From Myxococcota bacterium (GTDB lineage: Bacteria; Myxococcota; XYA12-FULL-58-9; JABJBS01), in the NCBI GenBank assembly GCA_036339465.1, contig JAYZAY010000067.1, positions 66,638 through 130,637 of the forward strand: a stretch of DNA of 64,000 nucleotides, given 5' to 3'. Position numbers and translations under genes: made by a program. The notes beneath the pieces were generated by a model, which worked only from the letters and a program-made list of their open reading frames with translations, was not told the origin of the DNA and searched no databases. Every line of letters begins with the position of its first letter. Positions within the stretch are counted from its first letter, which is position 1. Positions 21,801 through 31,070 of the stretch are shown piece after piece.

Positions 21801-24800
21801 ATATTGTCCTGCATAAGAGAGGAGATAAGGGCCAGATAGAGCTCTGTTGAGGCAGATTCCTTAAGTCGAGCCATGAATCTTCCGACCCAATAAGGTGAAC
21901 TTTCACAAAGACCCAACAATAATTTAGCACTTTCAAAGTCGAAAGGATAAGCAGCAGAAGCATCAAAAAGAGAGCCAAATAGCCGCTCCCTGACGGGAAA
22001 GTGCGCGATCAAACCCGCCGCAAAATCAAGTGTTGAAGCAAAGTTATGCTTCGCAGAAGCAATTTTCAGAAAATCTTCCGCAAGGGCTGGGTCGTCGAGC
22101 TCTACCAGCCACTCAGCAACGAATGGTAAATGCTGTTCCCTGCTCAGCAACGGCTCGCTGTAGTCGCGCACCAATTTCGTAACCTGCACCTTCGATGCTT
22201 TGGCTGTGACCACCTGAAAAAATGGCAGAAAATCATCGGCCTTAGAAAGAGCCTCAACCATGGCATCTTGGCCAAGAATCTCATTGAGGGATGCATTGTC
22301 GACATAATCGTTGGCGATGGGCATTAAAGGTGAATCGGATACCAAAATCCAATTCAAGAGCTTTGAGAGCCATCGATTGCGCTCCGCCCCCAGCGGCAAC
22401 TCTCGGATCAACCAGCGGGTCCATAATATCGCCAGACCGTATTTTTGGTGTTGGTCTAGGTGCTCCAAAAACCGTTTAACCCGAGGCACTGGGGAATGGC
22501 TCAACTCGATCGCTTTTTCGGCTTGAACCCAATCATTCAGCGGATCAATGCAAAAATTAAAATACCTATCGAGTGTCAATTCCCGCGCTACGCCTGATTG
22601 ACAACGGGCCAATCTTTCAAACCAATATAAGGCGCGGCTATGCTGCCCAGAATTCTCAAAGTGCTCACACAAAGGACTGATTAGGGCGGCAGTTGGGCAA
22701 AGCTCCACGAGATCCTCAGCTAAACCAAGAAACTCGACTTTCGCCAATGCTCCCTCGAAAGTTCCCGTCAATAAACCGCGATACCTTTCAATTCCACCCT
22801 TTGAAATCAATCGACGTAGCCAAAGTGAGGCTTCTAATAACTTCCCGCACTCACGATAAGCAGCCACCACAGTTTCTAGTAGCTCAGAGGTCTCTTTCGT
22901 TTGACTGACAATCTGATTGAGCAAAGCAGGATCGAGATCTTCAGTAATCGTTACTCGAGCAGCCTCAAGCAAGAGAACATGGCATCGTTCATCTTCGTGC
23001 ACAACATTCGCAATGTGTAAAATCCAACCCACCAACTGCTCGGGCGATCCGGATTTGCGTAATCGAGCGGTAACTTCCTCATGAAACTCCGCCTGATATT
23101 CAAGAGAACTCGCAAGTCGAAGTAAGACGAGAAGGGCTTCCTGTTCTAGACCGGAGCCGTCGAGCCACCGTAAATATTCAAAAAGGATTTCCCCTCTTTC
23201 ACCACCTTCTCGGAGTGCTGCCCATCGAGTATATGCTCTTTGAAGCTTTTCCTTTTCGGCTTGTTCTCTTAAGATGCCAACCAATCTTCGGTGGGGAAGA
23301 TCCAAATACGGAAATTCCTCAATGGCCAAGTCGAGAGTCCTAATTGCCCTCCCAGGATCGGACAAGGGGCCAAGATAAAGCGAAATCAGTTCACTAAAGC
23401 GTCCATCCTCCAAATTAGGACGACGTCTTAAGGATTCTTCCAAGACCTCCGCAAAAAGGGCAACTCCGTTTAGTCTCTGGGACCAAATCCGAAAGTCATC
23501 AATATGCTCTGAAGCTTGTTCATGCTTGGCGAGATGCCGCAGCAGCGATAGCCAATCATCTGCAGTTCGTTGGCCATTAGAAGCAGTATAAATAGACGCT
23601 AAATATCGAAAATGCTCAGCGAGTTTGCCTGGTTCAAAAAACCACCCCCATGCCAAGGTCAGGTACTCATTCTCTTGCCCTGAGGCTCGCAGCTCCTCCT
23701 CCAACTCACGCCTCGCCTCAGACCTAAGAGAGGTTTCTTCCCCAGAACAAGCAAAAACATAATACTGCTTCGCACGATCTAGGTCGCCAATATGGCTGGA
23801 AAGTAGCCGGGCCAAACCCAAAGCTATCCTTGGTCGCTCCGAAGGCTCACTCGCCTCCAAATGACATGCTTTGAGCTTTGCCAGATTCTCATGGGATTGT
23901 TGCGACCGCAAAATATCGCTATAGGTTTGGCCGCTTAAAGCCAATTCAAAGGCATCGCCATATTGCCGCTTCAATCCCCCGAAATCCGCTTCACCTATTC
24001 CTGGAAACTCAATCAAAAACCCCACAAGCTGAGAAAGATGTGCGGTGGGCTCTGTTGTCAATGAGGCAGGTAAAAGAGGATCGCCCCTAAGCCATTCAAG
24101 CCAGTGCTCATATGCCTCCGTATAATTCGATAACTCTTGCGAACAAAGCCCCAAATAAAAAGTGAGGTGCTTCAGCGTTTGGTCCTGCTTGAGTAGGGTT
24201 CCACACAGACTCTCAGCTTCCTTCCACGATTTTTGTTCAACGAATAGACCGGCAAGTCTCTCGCCATGGGCTAATTTACGGGAGTCGGGCGCAAGCTCCC
24301 ACTCCCACCGAATGGCCTGGCACCGAAGAACTTCATCTCCTATTGTTTCTGCAAGCGATTCAACTCTATGAGCGGCCTCGTATGAACCAAAGCTCCTTCT
24401 AGAAACCACCTGCTTTAAAAGTCGAAGGGCTTTCTCGGATGCATTGGCCCGCTCATAGTAGTCGACGGCAGTGAGAAGCGCCCCTCCGCTCGCGGGGCCA
24501 TCATCATTCAAGGCCCACAACTCTATCCGTCGTGCCGCCTCTTCAAATCGCTCACCCTTCAATAAAAGCTCTAGGATTTCGTGGTGGATGGCCTCTGAGT
24601 TGATCTCTGGCCCTCTTAACTCTGAAAGGTGACCGATGGCTTCAGTCCAAGATTCAAGCTCCTTGTGGGAATCGGCAAGAGATCGGTGAATCCGATTCTG
24701 AAGCTCGACCAATTCATTCGATTTTAGGAGCACTTTCAGATATTTGTTTTTTCGGGTCTCATTCTCATCTAGACGCAACCAGTCTAGAACACGCTCCGTT

Positions 24801-27283
24801 TGTTCTAGATCTTTTGGGTTGGCCTTTAGATACTGCAGCCCTAAAGGTATCGCTCGTTCGTAATCAACGGTTTCTGCATAAGCGGTCGATAGTTCCTTTT
24901 TGTATCTATTCCCTGGTTCTGGTCCTTGCTGTTGCCCAATTAATAGCTCTAGGAGTTCGATACGGGTGCGAATATCGGAGGATTCTCTGACCCACAAATA
25001 GATACGCTCTTCTATTTCCGACGAAGGCGCTAGTTCATAGAGCCGCTGAAGTGCCCGGAGCTCCAATTCATCTTCAAGCTGCGGAGCGTCCTTGTATAGA
25101 TCTGCCAATTGTCCCAATAACTGTACAACTCGATCACGGCGGGTTTCTCGTGAACACGCATCTTCTAGAATTTGGGCTAGCCTCGGTGCATCCCCGTTGA
25201 GAGAAACCACAGAACAGAGAAGCTCAAAGAGCTCAATGTCATCCCTGTCTTCCTCTCTCAATTTTTCGATATTCTCTTGCGCTGCTTGAGGATTATGAAG
25301 CCTCTCCATTTGGATCGAAATGAGTAAGCGCATAAGCTCTTGGTAAACATTTCGTTCGTCGCATCGTTGAGCATACACTTCAATAAGCCTAGCTGCGCGG
25401 TCCCAAGCTTCTTGCTCAACTAGAATTTCGACCACAATCGGAAGAATTTCAGAAACAGAGTCGCCGAGTCGTAGAGATTCCTCTAAATGAAAAAGGGCTT
25501 TCTCTAACTCACCCTCTTTTCTCTGCTCTAGGCCATAAATTTCGTGTGCCCAAACCACAACCTTGCGATGTTCTACCTTAAGACGCTCTCTAGGAAGCTC
25601 AAAGAACTTTTCAAAGAGTGTCTTAGCTGCCTCACTACCTTCATGTTCCCGGGCCAAGGTAAGTCGCTGAAACCAAGCAGAAAAATGGTCTGGCACAGCC
25701 TCAATCGCACGCTCAAAATACTCTGCAGCAGTTCTCGCTTCTTTTAGATGGTGAGCCCAAACCAGACCCATCTCGTACCATCCCCGCGCCATTGAATCCT
25801 GATTGCCGGCCTCCATTGCCCTATCCGCCAACTGGACAAGATAGGTTAAAGCTCTTTGGGGCTCTCCCCTCGAGCAAAAAACGCGCGCCAAACCGGTCAG
25901 AGCATTTTCCGAAGCTGGTGCAAAACGCAATACCCGTTCCAAGCATACCCTTGCTTTACGCGGCTGACTCAATTCCTCGGTATATACTTTAGCCAGTTGC
26001 GTTAGGATCTCTTCACGTTCCCCATCATCGCGAACCAGCCGAGACAATTTCTCCCCGATTCCTGCTACTTCGGCCCACTCCCCCAATCGGAGCAGCGTCC
26101 TAAAACAGCCATGTAATCCCAACAGTGAATCGGGCTCACTCACCAGAATTGAACGGTATTTCTCTAACCCTTCTTGGGGCTGCCTTTGCTCGGCAAGCTG
26201 AGCTGCCAAAAGTCGAAAATGAAGGGAACCGCGACTAAAACTCTGCTCCGCCGCCCGTTCTGCCATCCCAAAAAGAAGGGCTTCGGCCTCATCCCAATCT
26301 TGGCTTCTTAGTAAACCCTGCAATACGTAGTATCGCCCGCAATCCCCAGAAAAACCCTCCTCCAATCCCCGTAGAACCTGGTCATTAAGCCATTGCCCCA
26401 GAGCTTCTGTCGGTGGCCCAATTTGCAACATTCGAAAGAGTGACCACCGTTGTGATTCACCACGTTCAAACAAATGCCGATAAGCACTAAACACCTCATC
26501 GGCATTACTACAAAGCCTGGATTCTATATGCCCATATCGTCTCGATTGCTCCAAAACATAGTAAGCTTGTGGATTCGTTCCAACCTTAGCCCGAGGCATA
26601 GAAACTGATGCAGAGGGTTGCCGAACAACAAAAGTAATGTCAGTAGCAGTAACAAAAAGTTCCGCAACGTCAGCCTCTTCCAAACTGGGTATTTTCCAGC
26701 CAGAAACGGGAAGAACTTCGCGCAAAACTTTTTCGCAAGCTCCACTCAAGAACGGAATTCCCGCGTCCAACTGCAACTCTGGCGCAAGAGACGCCATGAG
26801 CTTCATGAGTACGGACTGCGGAAAGACACTTGGGTTCGCCGTAAACAGAAAAAGGTCAAAAGGGACAAAATCTATCCGGCCGAGTGCATTGGCAATTAAT
26901 CCTAATCTAAAATGAAATTCTATTTCGGAGTCATTCTCGCAAAAATGGCCTTGAAGCCCCACAAATCCAGCATCTAGATAGACCCTTACACGCTCAAAGC
27001 CTTGAGCGCGTAGGGCCGGTGCTCGGCTTACAACCCAACGTTCAATTGTCGCTGTATCGGTTCGGAAAACAAATTGTCTCAGTTGACATTTATAGGATTT
27101 TAGATGCTCGCCCCCACTGCGCAGGTCCAAGTGAGCCGGCAATGCCTTGGTGATCATTTGAAGAAGTTCAAGTGAACCGTAGGGTAATTTCAGATCGCGG
27201 GAACTCAGCAACGCTTTTCCGTCCCGAAACGAAAGATCTATGCCAAGAGTGGGGGTTGCTAAACCGGGTCCTCGTTCAAACAA
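15899..27283 (-). CDS. Giant (3794 aa) TPR-repeat protein
   Basis: Many TPR-like units (e.g. LAKVYTEELSQPRKARVCLERVL, IGQLYWERFGDARNARKHLNKAF); ~230-aa non-repeat N-terminal domain; no signal peptide; GAGAGG SD before TTG. Confidence 0.85.
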   Translation of the reverse strand: MFERGPGLATPTLGIDLSFRDGKALLSSRDLKLPYGSLELLQMITKALPAHLDLRSGGEHLKSYKCQLRQFVFRTDTATIERWVVSRAPALRAQGFERVRVYLDAGFVGLQGHFCENDSEIEFHFRLGLIANALGRIDFVPFDLFLFTANPSVFPQSVLMKLMASLAPELQLDAGIPFLSGACEKVLREVLPVSGWKIPSLEEADVAELFVTATDITFVVRQPSASVSMPRAKVGTNPQAYYVLEQSRRYGHIESRLCSNADEVFSAYRHLFERGESQRWSLFRMLQIGPPTEALGQWLNDQVLRGLEEGFSGDCGRYYVLQGLLRSQDWDEAEALLFGMAERAAEQSFSRGSLHFRLLAAQLAEQRQPQEGLEKYRSILVSEPDSLLGLHGCFRTLLRLGEWAEVAGIGEKLSRLVRDDGEREEILTQLAKVYTEELSQPRKARVCLERVLRFAPASENALTGLARVFCSRGEPQRALTYLVQLADRAMEAGNQDSMARGWYEMGLVWAHHLKEARTAAEYFERAIEAVPDHFSAWFQRLTLAREHEGSEAAKTLFEKFFELPRERLKVEHRKVVVWAHEIYGLEQRKEGELEKALFHLEESLRLGDSVSEILPIVVEILVEQEAWDRAARLIEVYAQRCDERNVYQELMRLLISIQMERLHNPQAAQENIEKLREEDRDDIELFELLCSVVSLNGDAPRLAQILEDACSRETRRDRVVQLLGQLADLYKDAPQLEDELELRALQRLYELAPSSEIEERIYLWVRESSDIRTRIELLELLIGQQQGPEPGNRYKKELSTAYAETVDYERAIPLGLQYLKANPKDLEQTERVLDWLRLDENETRKNKYLKVLLKSNELVELQNRIHRSLADSHKELESWTEAIGHLSELRGPEINSEAIHHEILELLLKGERFEEAARRIELWALNDDGPASGGALLTAVDYYERANASEKALRLLKQVVSRRSFGSYEAAHRVESLAETIGDEVLRCQAIRWEWELAPDSRKLAHGERLAGLFVEQKSWKEAESLCGTLLKQDQTLKHLTFYLGLCSQELSNYTEAYEHWLEWLRGDPLLPASLTTEPTAHLSQLVGFLIEFPGIGEADFGGLKRQYGDAFELALSGQTYSDILRSQQSHENLAKLKACHLEASEPSERPRIALGLARLLSSHIGDLDRAKQYYVFACSGEETSLRSEARRELEEELRASGQENEYLTLAWGWFFEPGKLAEHFRYLASIYTASNGQRTADDWLSLLRHLAKHEQASEHIDDFRIWSQRLNGVALFAEVLEESLRRRPNLEDGRFSELISLYLGPLSDPGRAIRTLDLAIEEFPYLDLPHRRLVGILREQAEKEKLQRAYTRWAALREGGERGEILFEYLRWLDGSGLEQEALLVLLRLASSLEYQAEFHEEVTARLRKSGSPEQLVGWILHIANVVHEDERCHVLLLEAARVTITEDLDPALLNQIVSQTKETSELLETVVAAYRECGKLLEASLWLRRLISKGGIERYRGLLTGTFEGALAKVEFLGLAEDLVELCPTAALISPLCEHFENSGQHSRALYWFERLARCQSGVARELTLDRYFNFCIDPLNDWVQAEKAIELSHSPVPRVKRFLEHLDQHQKYGLAILWTRWLIRELPLGAERNRWLSKLLNWILVSDSPLMPIANDYVDNASLNEILGQDAMVEALSKADDFLPFFQVVTAKASKVQVTKLVRDYSEPLLSREQHLPFVAEWLVELDDPALAEDFLKIASAKHNFASTLDFAAGLIAHFPVRERLFGSLFDASAAYPFDFESAKLLLGLCESSPYWVGRFMARLKESASTELYLALISSLMQDNILCDPALLIQGISTALQIENVVYAEQFEAKLPRKSSQYLQFLEYWLVKDEPGKAWQAFLSLSPDCESPIPASVAKPILEWGGEQAATKEELQQFSKHCARDKVDFEILAKQAFKLCEVTEGLSFLSRGQQDNEESISRELFQFSLEKILSCAGGVGQVLGLLKTANFDFELTLYTFEFLMQVGHTAGLKEILSGAIKRALGAERDVLIERFFDYALVVNRDFDVLERFFPLHSDPGTILSRYALALADLGENSRSLFWYERALPTLLEQQDDYRATRDVMIRLALEIGRYGRASEIATEVTPSENTLNLLLAHALNDGFIGDSVRWALLLARSESSEMAWRRVLELAAGDLEHAQVVYECLEHLDEISIEELDIFLGRSIEEAHFGNLFRLREFSLELPANRWIDAARAAIRRKNYSSARECYGAGLENSTDTLRDWAEISQCWTGANLELELAIWQWSWGGKISRSNASVIRLQGLARWIALGCPDAFEAPESISELERDFANINLLNSDNLDSMHTIVSHFNIEDWFSRLADIVLEYNLETKFSKHILEVGIQSQIDDAGLFEKVLSYAWALTRQDLARGTRWRHRIYKKYEWFEQLLEVLSELLEVVGEDHTSLHMERVEILTHLGRLTAARDELEQIPPNERSTSWIELSYTLSLAGDDFERAVADAKLLAEGDKEVRAAYWFRVAGRLMWWTLGRFDEGLSLLQQAHRIAPACVTDFENEISRGEYERENLRREAIEILGAEARHWIVPLLEASEPASDIRGRCFDLASHWPECDADFWQEVAFTFTEIGEPGYAIQSWRRVYETSDDSVDLVLESLESFNAWRESAEILEKELVRVRALGENRVSAEIAERLGHLYLERLHEPTKVLGLVEGLLFTELPASLQQVILAAGLEAGELTDLTDGLEGSQLQDALALLPTNLIRDFICQVEYEGRLSLVVDGLLALNSVGASSIEDKMRLGMLLEAEEPTLSAEIQLLVAQEHPDVLVWSEFAFEAGRIFEEVGLLAEARAAILIAWDKGNRSSDFYDLGFRLLEGADREQILESYLKVGDRHEGDLDEAMERYLELVKLKLQKPDYDSAWEILDRIELLQRSRELVAYRQDILIKRQQWFELAQLRHHEILNLESVWDDDEKREKSRWLFDYYESRQLFGDAKRHLEALFALGFVSIEFVDRGLGFAVNLKSNEMFKALLLERMNLAFDNYDREQVGLYYAQVWEEVFGNTTEAVALLEGLFASYPSVQLADALFDLLGRLDREADSLPYYWDLVNGPYGTLELVNECLSVASRQADFGEMVRLLELRAVRFEAPEEQYHSFLLAADIADEQIESFELVQDFLEKAMKIAGEPSEAGTKLATRLIAMNRIAEGLQLIKEGRTFLDSELSLVCDIRNSQALSDELLVEVRTFIGARFPNSAPAYADRYHYDYDNLSPDERYGLLNRLIDSPIGLTRTEHYFFSVELVEYEIKRHNYLRARGLCRSNKSLSDEGFELRLNEVFLSIRLEDVEDSTELIDQLALQLEHLRGWVNSQPSSGHSRYFYVLAYVQQFCGNLREAAAAYEFAIRAPSGVLLYDEALKFLRNYYLETANFERYLELLEYIVDSFDQVTEGHALSVEIGQLYWERFGDARNARKHLNKAFEQDPSNIELRRWLGEISFAEGIHIDAIFWLEPLRKDAPGLMDATLLCSLCECYVSMEMFADAIEVVDEFMGRFKATARILELRASAEEALGLRKALVETLIAYLSFWEGDSVTGGRPVYRIKQLACLYLDDGDLVSAEGILKDAVENSGEGSSDLEILGHLRRIYLEEGRWESALEVVSREIPLTQDLGRLEELYLLLDRLAADEMGELEIAIVGMNEALRKLPESARIHHTRMKRYDEAGLHLDFVYSAIPFLRICRDFSSIDANLIERVVQIAAIELEDYELVVEVIELSQEILALNHSIYEYGFKAAEVLGQHGRVVAYGEKLLERYES

Positions 27284-27380
27284 TGAATGCCTCTCAATCT
27301 AGGTTGGTTCGTGCGCTTGGCCGTCGAAATAGACGAACCCAACGGCGCACCCATTCGCACCCCTTACAATTTAATGATTT

Positions 27381-28352
27381 CTAGACTTTTGGCGAATTTT
27401 CGGCCATTGCAGCTTCGCTGGCAGGATCAACAGAGAACCGATTTCGGCCTGAAGCCTTCGAACAATACAAAGCTGCATCCGCTAATTTAATAAGACTAGC
27501 AAGACTCTCAATTTGCTGAACCGCACTACCCGGGTAGTATGTGGCCACACCGATACTCATCGTACAAGATATGGTGATTTCACCATACTCAAACTCCGCC
27601 ATCTCAACGGCCTTTCGGGTCCGCTCAGCTACAATCAATGCTCCCTCAAGCCCCGTATCTGGTAAAAGTATTGAAAATTCTTCACCACCGTACCTACCAG
27701 GAAGATCGTAAGGCCTCAGAGTATCCCTGAGTGTATCTGCCACCATGATCAAAGCATGATCCCCACCAACGTGGCCATAATCATCATTAAGTTTCTTGAA
27801 GTGGTCAAGATCCCCCATGAGATAACTTAGAGGAGAGTTAGTCCGTTTCGCACGCTCAAACTCTCGCTCAAAAACAGTCATGAAATGACGGCGATTCGGA
27901 AGTTTGGTGAGAGGGTCCTGTTGACTTAGCTCTTCAAGGCGATCGTTTTTTTCTCTTAACTCATCCTGCAAAAGCTTAATTTTCATATGAATATTGAGCC
28001 GAGCAGCCAATTCTTCCGGATGAAAAGGTTTCGTCAAATAATCGGAAGCACCTGCGGTAAGAGTCTTAACCTTGGTCTCAAGGTCATCCTGAGCCGTAAG
28101 CATAATAACGGGAATCTCTTGAAACTCGGGCTTCGATTTCTTCAAACTCAGAAACTTAAAACCATCACAACCCGGCATAACCACGTCACAGAGAATAAGG
28201 TCTACCTTTTCATGCACTAGAACCTTAAAGCCAGCCATCCCATCACTGCTCATCAGATAACGGTCAAAAATCTCCGTTTCTTCAACAGCCTTCTTGACGT
28301 TAAGCCGCACCGTTTCTGAGTCGTCTATGATTAAAATAGTAGTTTCAGTCAC
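27381..28352 (-). CDS. Response-regulator diguanylate cyclase (REC-GGDEF, WspR-like architecture)
   Basis: IIDDS, phospho-Asp DVVMP, KPF; DPLT, DLDHFK, I-site RPYD, active-site RYGGEEF. Confidence 0.93.
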   Translation of the reverse strand: MTETTILIIDDSETVRLNVKKAVEETEIFDRYLMSSDGMAGFKVLVHEKVDLILCDVVMPGCDGFKFLSLKKSKPEFQEIPVIMLTAQDDLETKVKTLTAGASDYLTKPFHPEELAARLNIHMKIKLLQDELREKNDRLEELSQQDPLTKLPNRRHFMTVFEREFERAKRTNSPLSYLMGDLDHFKKLNDDYGHVGGDHALIMVADTLRDTLRPYDLPGRYGGEEFSILLPDTGLEGALIVAERTRKAVEMAEFEYGEITISCTMSIGVATYYPGSAVQQIESLASLIKLADAALYCSKASGRNRFSVDPASEAAMAENSPKV

Positions 28353-28470
28353 AAAATCCTACTCTGCTATTCCTCTAAGCTTCGCACAATACCCAAGGCT
28401 GTACCCACAAATATTTTATTAAATATTTCATCATTTATGTTTACCTACGCCTCATTCCTCAAACTGCCTC

Positions 28471-28500
28471 TTGACAATATCCTGCCTGTTTCAGTATAGG
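28471..28500 (+). promoter_or_regulatory. sigma70-type promoter for tRNA-fMet
   Basis: TTGACA-N18-TATAGG ending 13 nt before the tRNA; AT-rich tract further upstream. Confidence 0.65.
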
Positions 28501-28513
28501 TTGCTCTCAATGG

Positions 28514-28590
<77 letters not shown>

Positions 28591-28665
28591 TTTGACGATA
28601 CATCACCTTCCTTCAATAATATCGTTCTTCCCATTTAAGTTGTTCTCCTTCGGTTTTAAATGAAA

Positions 28666-30708
28666 CTAGGCCGAAAATTTAACAATTTCACCGCTTAGCT
28701 CGTCAGTTTGGGTCTGTAGGGATAGAATCGCCTGATCTAATTCCCGAACAGATGCGTCTTGATCTTCACATACCTCATGAATGAGCTGCACTGCTTGTAA
28801 AACATTCTCCGAAGATCGAGTTTGTTTCTGCTGGGCCGTGCACAATTGACCAACCATTTCGTTGATTTCTTCGATTGCCTGAATCACCTGCTTTGAGCCC
28901 TGAGATTGTTCTGTGCTTGAGCGGTGAACCAACTCGGTCAGTGCGTTCATTCTTCTCGTGCCTTCCTTAATTTCACGCGCCCCATCCGCTTGCTCAATTG
29001 AAACCCTAGTGATTTGCTTGGCAGTCATCGAGACTCGCTGGATAGAAGCTGCAATAAGTTTTGTTTGCTGCGCCTGCTTTTTCGTCGAAACTGCAATGTC
29101 TTGAACCATCTTTTGACTGGAATCTGTCGAATGTAAAATCCTTTCAAAAGCTTCATCAGCCTCGCGACCAAGCTTAACCCCTTGGTCGACATTCTCTATC
29201 CCTCTCTCCATCGCACTAATCGCATGTAGAGACTCTTGCTGAATCTTATCAATAAGACGAGCAATCTCTGCGGTCGCAATTCTCGTCCTTTCTGCTAGAT
29301 TCTTAATTTCGTCTGCAACCACTCCAAAGCCCTTACCATATTCCCCCGCCTGCGAAGCAATAATTGAGGCATTCAAGGCCAACAGATTCGTCTGATCTGT
29401 AACACCCTTGATCACCCCCACTATATTCCCAATTTCGCTTGTCGTCTCATTTAAACTACGAATAACATCGAACGCCGTTTCCGAGGCATTGGAAATCTTA
29501 TCAATGCCATTAAGCGTGGCTTTCAGGGCATCGAGGCCCAATAGCGCAAATTGGGAGGCTTCATGGGAAAGAAACACTGTGTCTTGGGCATTTTTCTCAA
29601 CTCCAGATATCGTCTTGGTTATCTCAGTCATTGAACCAGCGGTATCATCGATCGCAGACTCTAGATCACCAACATTTCGAGCTGTTTCCTGAACAGAAGA
29701 CGCCATCCGTTCGATAGCTTGGGTTGATTGGTGCACGGCCGCAGCCATGGTTTGCATATTGTCGGCGATCTTGTCATTCGACCGTGCCATTTGAACAATA
29801 ACTTCGGCTCCTCTCTCGGAGCTTTCCTCGAGTCCATCCACATTCACACGTACGCCCTTCAGAGAAGAAAGCATATTCTCAATAGAGCATACCGTATCGC
29901 GAACCAAGGACTGGATCGTAACGGCTCCCGACGAGACCGTCATTCCTGATTCAGAAAGCTTGTAGATAACCTCGCCCAGGCTCTCACCCGATCTGGATAC
30001 GGCTTTGAGGATTCCATATTGACGATCTCGCATCGTACTAAATTGCTGCCCCAACATAGACAGTTCGTCCTGTGAAGTGAAAACAATGGGAGTCGTTAGG
30101 TCTCCAGCTTCTAGTAAGCCTTCAATCTGCTCAACCATTTCGATGGTTGGGCGAGCCAGAACATTACCACATTGATATGCAGCGAAGATCCCAAGCCCCA
30201 ACAGAATCAACCAGTAACCAACCAGTAACCAACGCGACATTGTCAGAGTGCTCTTGCTCACCGCTACTGGAAACCCCAGTGAAATAGTCCCCCCACTCCC
30301 ATCTGCTAGGGTAATGCCCTGAGTAAAAAATAAGATATTGTTGATTCGGATAAATTCATGATCGGTGGAAAATTCTTCTTGGAGATGAGCCCCACTCGCG
30401 GGAAATGCCCATTTACGAGAATCCACCTTGATTAGCGCATGACTGACCCCAAATGCTTCTGAGCTATCCAAAAAGGACTGAAGCTCTTCTAAGGGGATCT
30501 TGCTCACCGCAAACCCAACAGAGCGAGTCACAGATGCGCCGCGCTTCTCATACCCCGCCTCAATCAGCCCCTCTAAATGATAATTGATACCGAAACCTAT
30601 CAATGCAAGGATGATCACAAGAAAGGCTGACATGGAAGCCACCACTTTCCAACGCATCGAAACAAACCCTGTGCGCGTCTTTGTCAAATCACCAATGCTC
30701 TTCGTCAT
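28666..30708 (-). CDS. Methyl-accepting chemotaxis protein (2 TM, HAMP, long signalling domain)
   Basis: [37 protein letters not shown] hairpin tip; HAMP GDLT...DEL. Confidence 0.92.
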   Translation of the reverse strand: MTKSIGDLTKTRTGFVSMRWKVVASMSAFLVIILALIGFGINYHLEGLIEAGYEKRGASVTRSVGFAVSKIPLEELQSFLDSSEAFGVSHALIKVDSRKWAFPASGAHLQEEFSTDHEFIRINNILFFTQGITLADGSGGTISLGFPVAVSKSTLTMSRWLLVGYWLILLGLGIFAAYQCGNVLARPTIEMVEQIEGLLEAGDLTTPIVFTSQDELSMLGQQFSTMRDRQYGILKAVSRSGESLGEVIYKLSESGMTVSSGAVTIQSLVRDTVCSIENMLSSLKGVRVNVDGLEESSERGAEVIVQMARSNDKIADNMQTMAAAVHQSTQAIERMASSVQETARNVGDLESAIDDTAGSMTEITKTISGVEKNAQDTVFLSHEASQFALLGLDALKATLNGIDKISNASETAFDVIRSLNETTSEIGNIVGVIKGVTDQTNLLALNASIIASQAGEYGKGFGVVADEIKNLAERTRIATAEIARLIDKIQQESLHAISAMERGIENVDQGVKLGREADEAFERILHSTDSSQKMVQDIAVSTKKQAQQTKLIAASIQRVSMTAKQITRVSIEQADGAREIKEGTRRMNALTELVHRSSTEQSQGSKQVIQAIEEINEMVGQLCTAQQKQTRSSENVLQAVQLIHEVCEDQDASVRELDQAILSLQTQTDELSGEIVKFSA

Positions 30709-31070
30709 ACCCAAAACCTACTGTGCCCCTTAAGCTTCTTCGATCTCCGAGATAGACTCAAGGATCTCGCGTCTTCGAAACCCATATTTTGCAAAGGCTC
30801 ATCAAACGCCCCACAAAAGAGGCCACCAAAACCCAAAGGATCGAGGTGGTTGATCTCGTCCCTGGAGAAAACCAACAAAGGGCAAAAACCGGGTAAACCT
30901 GCGGCCTCACTCACCCCCAAAACACAGGTCGGTCCTTCTATGGTTGATTAGCCTAGTCTTAGGCAAAAAATAATCACTCACGTGCTTTTTTGGAAAAACT
31001 GACAATGCCAAAAGAAACGGTCAGAGGAGAAGATGAGTTGGTGGTTCAAGGTTTTCTTAGGCCATGCTCT

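Noticed and set aside
30877..30910. GGGCAAAAACCGGGTAAACCTGCGG resembling the start of a c-di-GMP-I riboswitch upstream of an MCP
   Set aside because: It is on the wrong strand for the MCP and lacks the following GACGCAAAGC element and second stem.
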